NCBI GenBank assembly: GCA_014729395.1 | Contig: WJJZ01000002.1 | Location: 673-64,672, forward strand | Length of the DNA: 64,000 bases | DNA from: Candidatus Magasanikiibacteriota bacterium | GTDB lineage: Bacteria; Patescibacteriota; Patescibacteriia; Magasanikbacterales; UBA922 | Reading direction: 5' to 3' | In this document: piece by piece, positions 8,501 through 15,323 of the stretch | Layout: each line of letters begins with the position of its first letter | Position numbering within the stretch: the stretch's first letter is position 1 | Position numbers and translations under genes: made by a program | Notes under the pieces: generated by a model | Told to the model about the DNA's origin: nothing | The model's input: the letters and a program-made list of their open reading frames with translations, nothing else | Databases searched by the model: none

Positions 8501-9507
8501 AGCGTGAGGCGGAAGAACAGCGCCTGCTCGAGGCCGAGGAGCGCGGAGAAATCCTGCGCGACTTCGAAGCCTGGCATCGCCGGGGCGGTATGACCGGCAA
8601 CGGAGACGGCTGGGTGATACGGCCGGACGGCAGCCTCCGCGACCGTGACAGTGATACAGTGCCACGCTACAAGCACGATGGCCAGTATCACTGGGACATG
8701 GTCAAGCCGGAGGAGCTGGCTCTCAGCTGGCGCTGCAGCACCAGGCGCGACGTCGACGGCACGAGCGACTTTAAAGTCGTGAAGGTGCCTGTCGACGGTG
8801 TGACGTCGGAGCAACTGCGCCGGGTGGAGGAGATCGAAGACGGTATCGGTGCAAGCCGTGGCGCTTTCGGCCTCCACGCCGAGATCACCCGCCGCAACGA
8901 GGAGCGTCTCGAGGCCTGCCGTGAGGCAGCTCTCAATGCTCGGGTGCGCGGTTCCCAGATCCTACGGAAGTTGCCGGAGACCTTCAGCTGGTTGAAGCTT
9001 GCCGGTGACGGCGTTCTCAACCTTGAGCACTATGTGGAGGACAGGAATGTCTTCCGCTACGTCAACTGGGCAGCAGAGTACGTGGGAGTCTGCGACAACC
9101 GCGACGCCTTTCTTCTCTTCGAGACAACCGCGGCCGATGGCAAGTTGCAGTTCGTCGTATATGAAAAATACGGCTCGAGCGACAACCTGGCTGTCCGCTG
9201 GCGGGAATTCACGGAAGAGGAGCTCGCTCAGCAGGCCGAGCATGAGACGCCCCAAGGCGACGGCCATTTCGTCGAGCGCTCCACCCGCCATTTCGCTTGC
9301 GATTGTGGTGGAACGACTCGGATAACCAAGTCCGAGTGGAAGCGCTACCGGCGAGGTGAGGTGCTGGAGCTCACCTGCACCCACTGCGGAGCTACCGGCA
9401 CTGTCTGCAAGGAAGCGGACGAAGAGCCGGAGGCGAAGCAGAACGGGAACGGCTCGAGCGGAGGCGGCGCCTCGATGGCCGATCTCATGGCCAAGTTCAA
9501 TCGCTGA
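5536..9507 (+). CDS. DEAH-box (HrpA/HrpB-like) ATP-dependent helicase with HA2 domain and long C-terminal extension, 1323 aa
   Basis: Walker A AETGSGKST, the DEAH box VIDELHEW, SATL, TNALETG, QRRGRTGR and an HA2-like block RLMSRLPVSVGQARMII...IAAILN are all present. The C-terminal roughly 600 aa has predicted coiled coil (residues about 890-1010) and a CxC...CxxC zinc knuckle near the end. It is not the DUF3418 tail found in E. coli HrpA. Confidence 0.85.
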   Translation: MTKSKKKGSCKPSSAGINDLPIVDFKDEIMGSSAPYIIVEAETGSGKSTMVPQWFHELDMSVLVTEPLIETVIGTSEYVAQLMGCEFGSTVGYRTGSSRCDSRETDVLFCTDGLALVRELSGHNRFDVLVIDELHEWNTNQSTLEAWAWKHLQAGDSPFQKIVVLSATLNSDELSRKRGNAPVFKVPGRQFPIEDRRAGSSIEADVKSLVAEGHDVLVFQPGANEIRETIQTLERMEVNAELIPFYGKLSREDKTRAYRSYGRSKVVVSTNALETGRTLVPSPGRKLAVVDSGLEKRVELDNDGIEGLYLEPIAKAKAMQRRGRTGRVGEGIYIDHCPSAGRPAYPVPEILRTRLDQTVLRLACHGYDATELPFFHELDMSVIAEAKRALQALGAMREDGDVTKTGRLMSRLPVSVGQARMIIEADKRGVVDDVITIAAILNVKGICDRTGAWRAYTVEKRSDVLVELDLWQAARGKRNRELRDMGIFAKDYQRARQIRRKLVDVLRQHRVKLGSSGDREEILKSVCAGMVDHLYKFSHTDRMGNWYVNGGSSTARLLGNQSVVDGGPDWLVAIGFNVPTRKGGTLPIVTQVTAVEPMWLAEVAPQLVEVKTGLSPRYDQEKDLVTSVTEMYFNGQKVREERVDDPTHPEAARLFAQYLASRNDVEPMCSNCRQANRMKELNIRAGEDIFPVPDMASFYQERLNGARSIQEIEPGTSLRLPTLDEELVKMVMDENPDTIQLLGEELTVEYRAPYYGQPRAPRVKLTDELVSTNRWLELPDEGVWLPSGRSVELVVSFGHYNELSGTDIPKLKVEMRDYLNRKQWDSWVKPEIEIPDLSADDAVVPFVTKVYGTCVTTGDELMAYGTIAVNTSRWYASDPLFKAMWYRDLIAAQNAADASAEKLVEKKDELKAARALELAKTEAEAARKELQNLKGREDWEELEYDLRSRVSDLLYRSLPRSIDELREDIESTKALIAEVESALEKFENEREAEEQRLLEAEERGEILRDFEAWHRRGGMTGNGDGWVIRPDGSLRDRDSDTVPRYKHDGQYHWDMVKPEELALSWRCSTRRDVDGTSDFKVVKVPVDGVTSEQLRRVEEIEDGIGASRGAFGLHAEITRRNEERLEACREAALNARVRGSQILRKLPETFSWLKLAGDGVLNLEHYVEDRNVFRYVNWAAEYVGVCDNRDAFLLFETTAADGKLQFVVYEKYGSSDNLAVRWREFTEEELAQQAEHETPQGDGHFVERSTRHFACDCGGTTRITKSEWKRYRRGEVLELTCTHCGATGTVCKEADEEPEAKQNGNGSSGGGASMADLMAKFNR

Positions 9508-9635
9508 CAATTCAACCGGCCTGACCACAAGAAAACAGGGCCGGATAAAAAATAATATGTTTTCTGCGGAAAAACCGGCGGCCGTCCCAATAGGGAATAG
9601 AGCCGGTTTACATATATGTTCTTTTTTGGTAATTT

Positions 9636-9665
9636 TGGGGACAGGACTGAACATCCTAGTCCCCA
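9636..9665 (+). terminator. Variant of the conserved-loop hairpin (TGGGGA...ACATCCTAG-TCCCCA), T6
   Basis: It shares ATCCTAG with the T1-T5 loop. It lies 130 nt downstream of the helicase stop. At 9574-9612, an AAACCGGC/GCCGGTTT hairpin and a T-run precede it. Confidence 0.35.
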
Positions 9666-9737
9666 CCCTTCACTACTTATTTAAAATTTAGATAAGTGTT
9701 GAAGGGAAATTGGTTCCCTTCAGCAGAGGGAGGTGTC

Positions 9738-10016
9738 ATGAAAAGAGAGATAGTTGTCGCGGACAGGGACTTTGAAGTGTACCGACCGGAGCGCCGGTAC
9801 TACCGCCTAGATCGTAGGCACTGGGATCTGGAGCCTGGTACCCGGGTGACCGTGAAGGTGTGGCGGAAAAAAGGTCGCTACAAGATTCTGAGTGCGGTCG
9901 TTGTTGAATTTTTTTACTGGTGTCAGTGTGGGGTTTGTGACCCCACCTATTTCAAGGCCGCTATGCTGAACCGCCATTTCGACGGTAAGCTGAAGCGAAA
10001 GGATACAGACTATTAG
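9738..10016 (+). CDS. Hypothetical small protein, 92 aa
   Basis: GGGAGG lies 5 nt upstream of the ATG. GC-rich. Contains CQCGVCD. Confidence 0.4.
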   Translation: MKREIVVADRDFEVYRPERRYYRLDRRHWDLEPGTRVTVKVWRKKGRYKILSAVVVEFFYWCQCGVCDPTYFKAAMLNRHFDGKLKRKDTDY

Positions 10017-10026
10017 AAAACAAAAA

Positions 10027-10157
10027 AACCAAGGCCCGACTTGCCTGTCTGCTTTACAAAGTGGTGAAGAGATTGGCAGGTGTCGTGTTGCCTGAATCAA
10101 CAGGCAAGCTTGGGATTTTCCCAGGTGGAGCTACACTGGTTTTGAAAGGGGTAAGAG
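10027..10157 (+). promoter_or_regulatory. Type-1 leader element, diverged copy 2
   Basis: The same architecture is kept with compensatory stems: TTGCCTG-aatcaa-CAGGCAA and TGGGA-ttt-TCCCA. GAGCTACACTGGTTTT is conserved. An RBS and the ATG at 10158 follow. Confidence 0.65.
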
Positions 10158-10640
10158 ATGAAGAAAATCACGGACGCTTGTAACGAGCAGAGCTCAGTGG
10201 TCATCCAGGTGGCCGGAGGGTACATGAAGTGGTACCCGGCAGATGAGCAGAGGAGAGTGGAGTTCTACCTCCAGGGAATCGAAATCGATCCCCGGGTTCA
10301 GGCGGTGGATTTGCTCCTTGCCATGAACCAAGACGATGACATGGTGTTATGTAGCATCAATTGTCCGTCATTGGTACTTCCAATGGAAGTGATCGAGGAG
10401 AACGAACTCCTCATCGCCGATGGTGCTGTCTGGTTCAGGCGACCGTCCAGTGAAGGTGGTGAGCGCTACCCCGAGCCACCATCGAGATTGCGGTACACGG
10501 TCAAGGCACCTGGGGGATTTTCTCCGTGGGGTACGACCAACTGCCTCGAAGAGGCGCAGAGAATCCAACAAAAAGCTCTTGAGGAGGGTGTTGAGGACAT
10601 CGGTATCCGGGAAAATTCGAGTGGCAAATATCTAGGGTAA
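10158..10640 (+). CDS. Hypothetical protein, 160 aa
   Basis: Preceded by the type-1 leader and followed by T2. GC-rich. Confidence 0.5.
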   Translation: MKKITDACNEQSSVVIQVAGGYMKWYPADEQRRVEFYLQGIEIDPRVQAVDLLLAMNQDDDMVLCSINCPSLVLPMEVIEENELLIADGAVWFRRPSSEGGERYPEPPSRLRYTVKAPGGFSPWGTTNCLEEAQRIQQKALEEGVEDIGIRENSSGKYLG

Positions 10641-10669
10641 TGAATGTCGTTAGAAAAATTTTTAACCTC

Positions 10670-10712
10670 CGGGCACACATCCTAGACCCTGTGTGTCCAT
10701 TCTTTCAAAGAT
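10670..10712 (+). terminator. Conserved-loop terminator hairpin T2
   Basis: GGCACACA-TCCTAGACCC-TGTGTGTCC plus TTCTTTC. A TTGAAAGCAC block follows at about 10731. Confidence 0.65.
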
Positions 10713-10863
10713 CATAATAATTTGTGGTTTTTGAAAGCACCGTCTACTTGTGTTAGGCGGTGCAAGAAGCTTTGTTAAAAATATCTTTGCAGCCTCTAAT
10801 TATTTGATAATTAGAATCTCTCTCCGCTGCAATCTATATTTTTGATAAAAGCAAAAAATAAAA

Positions 10864-10900
10864 TCCCGCTTTGGCTCTAGTCCACAGCGGGGTTTTGTTT
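10864..10900 (+). terminator. Intrinsic terminator at the right edge of GC island A
   Basis: CCCGCT...AGCGGG stem plus TTTTGTTTT. Composition switches to AT-rich immediately after. Confidence 0.5.
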
Positions 10901-10964
10901 TCATATTTATTTTGCTATTATTAAACTAATCTTATTTTGATCAATTTATATTAAATTATAAAAT

Positions 10965-12305
10965 ATGAGAGAAGATGTTACATTAAACAAATCAGCAGCA
11001 AGATTTAATTCTGATATTCCGGAAATTGATAATGACAGAGAAAACTATCTGCAGGAAGTAAAAAATAATAGGAAAATATTAATCAGAGATATGGCAGCTG
11101 ATGATGAACTTTCCGACATTAATCCGGACAAAATGCTAGCTAAACTTCAAACTGATTGGCTTGAGAAAATTAGCAAAGAACAAAAAGATTTGATAGCCGG
11201 TCATGTTGATTTGGATTTTATTGAAAAAAGCGTTTTTAGTTATGATTACGAAGAACTTGTTTTGCATGTTTTGCTTTTAAATCAACTGGCAAAGGAATTT
11301 TATATTATCAGACCGTTTTCATGGAAAAGTGAGGAACTTGGTTTGTTTGATGAAGAGCTTGAAGAATATAATGAAAAAAGAGAAGGGATTTCAAGTAAAT
11401 TTTATGAGATCAAAGAAATAGTATTGGCCAAAGCTTGTCAGCTGGCATCTTTTCAGGCCCCTGAATTTAGCTATGGTTTGGATGAGGATGGTGGTACTCC
11501 TATTTTATATTTTGATTTACCGGGTTATGGTCAGTTTAGTTTTCACATGCCAAATATTAACCAACCTTATAGATCTAATGAACATATTGCAAAACTCTAT
11601 AAAATTCTTGATATACCCAAGTATCATGGAGACTGGAAACAAAGAAATAAACGGCCTATATCTCGAATGACAACAGAAAAAGCCGAAGAAATAATTGCTG
11701 AAGGGGAACATATTGTGTCATTGGAAGATATTGAGCAGTATCTCAGTGAAAGAGAAGATATTAACCCCAAAAAAGCACACGATTTATATTTTAGGGCAAT
11801 GGCCCATCCGGATTTCCATAAAAATAAAGAGAAAATTGATGAATTACTTTTCAAACATGCGCCCACTGTTCCCGGAGCTTTGTCCCAAGCCTATCTAGAT
11901 GGTTTTGATTTGCCCTATAAGTATTATTCAAAAAAAATTAAGAAACGTGAACCATGGATGGATCATCTATATCCAACTTATCATGATATAATTTTTTATA
12001 TTGAAGAGTTAGATGCCTTGTTGGATTTTGCACAAAAAAATCAACCAAACGAAGAGTTAAAAGAGTCGACATTTTATGATCTTGAAGAATTGGAGCAACA
12101 AAAAACAAAAGTAGAGACTGATACGAATTTGGTGAAACAAAAATTAAACAGAATATTAAAACCGGCCTTACTTTTTTATCTGGAAGACGATAATCGTTAT
12201 GACGTCCCTCTGAGAAGAAAGATATACAACAAATTAGAAAAATTACTGGAAAGGTTTAATATGGAATTAGGCGATTACTTGACCGGGGATCAATTTGTCG
12301 GTTAA
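10965..12305 (+). CDS. Hypothetical acidic protein, 446 aa (AT-rich, host-like codon usage)
   Basis: Long uninterrupted ORF with no recognisable motifs. Confidence 0.6.
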   Translation: MREDVTLNKSAARFNSDIPEIDNDRENYLQEVKNNRKILIRDMAADDELSDINPDKMLAKLQTDWLEKISKEQKDLIAGHVDLDFIEKSVFSYDYEELVLHVLLLNQLAKEFYIIRPFSWKSEELGLFDEELEEYNEKREGISSKFYEIKEIVLAKACQLASFQAPEFSYGLDEDGGTPILYFDLPGYGQFSFHMPNINQPYRSNEHIAKLYKILDIPKYHGDWKQRNKRPISRMTTEKAEEIIAEGEHIVSLEDIEQYLSEREDINPKKAHDLYFRAMAHPDFHKNKEKIDELLFKHAPTVPGALSQAYLDGFDLPYKYYSKKIKKREPWMDHLYPTYHDIIFYIEELDALLDFAQKNQPNEELKESTFYDLEELEQQKTKVETDTNLVKQKLNRILKPALLFYLEDDNRYDVPLRRKIYNKLEKLLERFNMELGDYLTGDQFVG

Positions 12306-12331
12306 TAAATGGTAGGTTCCAAGAGTTTTTT

Positions 12332-12661
12332 TTAGTTCAGCTTCAAATTATTTTTTCTAATAATCAAATCCAATTTTTTTTCAGTTTTGTCTTGTCTAAG
12401 AGCAAGAGCGGTATCATTTTTTACCAGAAAATCAACATGCTCAGTTATTTCAAGCCTAAGTTCATTTAAATCCCTTCTGGTAGCCATGGTATTGTGAATT
12501 TCATCAAGTTCTCGGTGAATTGACGCAATATCGTCTTTAGTAGCCATGTTCTTGATATCGTCTTTAGTAGCCATGTTTGCCAGGTCATCTTTGTTAGCGG
12601 CATTTTCACTCATAAATTGAATGATCTCATAGACGTCTTTGATTGTAGGATCTTTTTTCAT
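12332..12661 (-). CDS. Coiled-coil repeat protein, paralog 3 (about 109 aa; NMATKDDI repeats)
   Basis: N- and C-terminal blocks near-identical to paralog 2. An in-frame 27-bp tandem repeat lies at 12521-12575. The upstream promoter region is shared with the other copies. Confidence 0.7.
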   Translation of the reverse strand: MKKDPTIKDVYEIIQFMSENAANKDDLANMATKDDIKNMATKDDIASIHRELDEIHNTMATRRDLNELRLEITEHVDFLVKNDTALALRQDKTEKKLDLIIRKNNLKLN

Positions 12662-12744
12662 AATAAAATTATTTATCAAATAAATTATATTAATTATCAT
12701 ATCAAAAAGCAAATGAAGTTTTGATAAAAAAATTATAAAATTTA

Positions 12745-12787
12745 TGTGAGTAAAAAATTAAACAAACCCCATATAAGAGGTTTGTTT
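12745..12787 (-). terminator. recA intrinsic terminator (minus strand)
   Basis: AAACAAACC-ccatataaga-GGTTTGTTT, followed on the minus strand by a T-run. Confidence 0.6.
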
Positions 12788-12820
12788 GAAGTAATAAATT
12801 TTTGATTACTTATTGCAGTA

Positions 12821-13885
12821 TTATTTATCAACCGTTTCTTTTTCTCCAGGCTTACCCTTTTCCTCTTCAGGTGCTTCACCTCTTTCAACGGCTTCCCAAA
12901 TTTTCTTTTCAATTTTTTTCATCATTTTTGGGTGTTCTCTTAGAAATAGTTTTGCTTTTTCTCTACCAACGCCGAGTTTTTCTTCTCCAAAACTATATGT
13001 ATTACCCGATTTATTGACGACCTTGTGTTCAATTCCGGAATCAAGCAAATCACCTGATATGGAAATTCCTTCATTGTACATGATATCAAATACGGTTGTT
13101 CTAAATGGTGCAGCCACCTTGTTTTTTACCACTTTTACTTTTACGCGATTCCCAATTACCCGGTCACCTTGTTTTATTTGGGCAGAGCGACGGACTTCTA
13201 TCCTAACAGAAGAATAAAATTTCAGAGCATTACCACCGGTAGTGGTTTCGGGGTTGCCAAAAAACACCCCTATCTTATGTCTGGTTTGATTTATGAAGAC
13301 TACCGAAGTCTTGGTCTTACTGACAATGCCGGCCAGTTTTCGAAGAGCTTGACTCATAAGACGAGCTTGCAGGCCCATGTGAGAATCTCCCATCTCACCT
13401 TCGATTTCAGCCTTAGGGACAAGCGCAGCCACTGAATCTATCACGACCACATCCACAGCATTTGACCTAACCAGAGTTTCCAGGATTTCCAAGGCCTGTT
13501 CACCGGTGTCGGGTTGGGATATTAGCAAGTTATCTACATCCACACCGATTTTTCTGGCATAATCCGGATCAAGAGCATGCTCGGCATCAATAAAAGCGGC
13601 AATGCCATCTTTTTTTTGAACTTCTGCGATAATATGTTGGGCCAATGTGGTTTTACCACTGGATTCTGGGCCAAATACCTCAATAATTCTACCTCTTGGT
13701 ACACCTTTTACACCAAGGGCGATGTCAAGCGAGATTGAACCGGTAGAGACCGCTTCCACTTGCATGGCGCGGGCCTCGGAGAATTTCATAATTGAACCAT
13801 CACCGTATTTTTGTTTAATTTGACCAATGGCGGTTTCAGCCGCTTTAAATTTGGCTTTTTGTTCATCGGTTTGTTTTTTGGGCAT
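12821..13885 (-). CDS. recA: Recombinase RecA
   Basis: Walker [10 protein letters not shown] and canonical RecA blocks across 354 aa. Confidence 0.97.
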   Translation of the reverse strand: MPKKQTDEQKAKFKAAETAIGQIKQKYGDGSIMKFSEARAMQVEAVSTGSISLDIALGVKGVPRGRIIEVFGPESSGKTTLAQHIIAEVQKKDGIAAFIDAEHALDPDYARKIGVDVDNLLISQPDTGEQALEILETLVRSNAVDVVVIDSVAALVPKAEIEGEMGDSHMGLQARLMSQALRKLAGIVSKTKTSVVFINQTRHKIGVFFGNPETTTGGNALKFYSSVRIEVRRSAQIKQGDRVIGNRVKVKVVKNKVAAPFRTTVFDIMYNEGISISGDLLDSGIEHKVVNKSGNTYSFGEEKLGVGREKAKLFLREHPKMMKKIEKKIWEAVERGEAPEEEKGKPGEKETVDK

Positions 13886-13955
13886 AGTGATCTTGAATTA
13901 ATGTATAATTTTTTATTATCTAAATTAGAGATTGGTGATTAGAGGTCAGAAATTA

Positions 13956-14348
13956 TTAGTTTCTAATTTTATTAATAAAGGAATTAAGTTTTTTCGTCAG
14001 CTTTTTGTACTCTTGATCAAGATTTTTAAATTCCTCCTCACTTGTATATTTATTACCAAATGCGACTGATAAGTGGCTGCGTGTTTCCATTATTTCACCT
14101 CTTGCAATGTAAAATACTCTGACTTTATCTTTATAAAAATAACGTCCATGAGCTTCGGCAATATTAGCTATTATGGAATTAGCTGACCTTGTTATTTGAC
14201 TTTTTAGGGAATATTTTTCAAATTCTGGAAAAGTAGCGGATAATTTATAAATTTTCATTAATAAATTATATCCTTCTTTCCAAATTTCCAACTCATGGAA
14301 TTCTTTGTACATTTTTTGTTTGTTAAATTGGCAATTATAATGGGTCAA
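13956..14348 (-). CDS. Four-helix-bundle protein (23S rRNA IVS-type, TIGR02436-like)
   Basis: LEIWKEGYNL...RSANSIIANIAEAHGR...ARGEIMETRSHL. Confidence 0.8.
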   Translation of the reverse strand: MTHYNCQFNKQKMYKEFHELEIWKEGYNLLMKIYKLSATFPEFEKYSLKSQITRSANSIIANIAEAHGRYFYKDKVRVFYIARGEIMETRSHLSVAFGNKYTSEEEFKNLDQEYKKLTKKLNSFINKIRN

Positions 14349-14451
14349 TCTCCAGTCTCAAATCTCTAATTTTTATTCTTCACTCTTTCTTTTTATTTTC
14401 AATCACTACAACTCTATCACAAACCACATAAAATTTCCCTAAAATTAATAT

Positions 14452-14486
14452 AAAGGACCAAAAAAGAGGGGATTGCGCCCTCTCTT
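14452..14486 (-). terminator. Intrinsic terminator downstream of the 14565..15251 gene (minus strand)
   Basis: AGAGGGG-attgc-GCCCTCTC hairpin, with a T-run on the minus strand. Confidence 0.5.
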
Positions 14487-14564
14487 AGTGATATATTACT
14501 TTTTTTAAAAAATGGTGTCAAATAAATTCAATAATAATTCTCACAAATTAAAATACAAAATGAT

Positions 14565-15251
14565 TTATTTTAACAAGCCGAATTCTACATTGTCTTTTAA
14601 TATAATATGCCTTGTAATATTAGTTGTTTTACCGTGTTTTTTTTGTGCTTTAATCGTTAGTGTATTGACGCCCGGAGTTAGGTCTACAAATTCTTTAAAT
14701 TCTCCGTTGTCACTCATTGATATCTCTTGTCCGTTTACCGAAACACTTACTTCAGATTCTGTTTTTCCGTGAATTAAGATAGAGTTGCCTTCTGTAATAT
14801 AGCCTTCCTCCGGAGAAAAGATTTGTATCTGTGGTGGTTGGACTATATTTTTGACTTGGGCACCCAAATAAACAACAAGAATGACAACTACCGAGGCAAA
14901 CCCAATGTATTTTAGGATATTTGGTAGATTGCTCAAGGGATTTTGCTTGAGTATTTTTTTTGGATGTTCTATTTTTTTATCGGTTGTTTCTTCTTCGGAA
15001 AATTGTTTTAGGAAAGGCTCCGGTTTCACTCCCAGAGCTTTAAGATAGCATTTGATAAAGTTTTTTTGATACACATGCGCATCGGGTAAAGCTTCAAAAC
15101 GACAATCTTCAATTGCCTTTAGATATTTTTTATCCAGCTTTGTTTTTTGAACCAATTCTTCCAAACTGACTCTTTTTGTCTGGCGTAAATTTTTTAAACG
15201 TAAACAAATACGTTTGCTGCGGATAAGTTTTTTCTTCTTAAAAGTGGACAT
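14565..15251 (-). CDS. RodZ-like protein (N-terminal XRE-type HTH, one TM helix, C-terminal beta-rich domain)
   Basis: HTH block LEELVQKTKLDKKYLKAIE, a hydrophobic helix FASVVVILVVYLGA and a C-terminal domain. Confidence 0.55.
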   Translation of the reverse strand: MSTFKKKKLIRSKRICLRLKNLRQTKRVSLEELVQKTKLDKKYLKAIEDCRFEALPDAHVYQKNFIKCYLKALGVKPEPFLKQFSEEETTDKKIEHPKKILKQNPLSNLPNILKYIGFASVVVILVVYLGAQVKNIVQPPQIQIFSPEEGYITEGNSILIHGKTESEVSVSVNGQEISMSDNGEFKEFVDLTPGVNTLTIKAQKKHGKTTNITRHIILKDNVEFGLLK

Positions 15252-15323
15252 ATTTTATAATCCTAACGTTCATCGAACCTTGGCAACGAAATAATGACAG
15301 AATTAATAGATAAAAATTAACAA

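Noticed and set aside
5512-9666. Antisense ORFs inside the helicase gene (5512..6177, 6379..7755, 7903..8877, 8962..9666) and plus-strand alternative-frame ORFs (6215..6676, 6891..7322, 8999..9325, 9356..9691)
   Set aside because: All lie within or overlap the 1323-aa DEAH helicase frame, which carries the full set of conserved helicase motifs. These are GC-driven artefacts.
10027-10157. Treating the diverged leader copy as unrelated sequence
   Set aside because: Block order, loop sequences and the 3' GAGCTACACTGGTTTT are conserved while both stems change in a compensatory manner. It is therefore a homolog, and it provides the covariation evidence.
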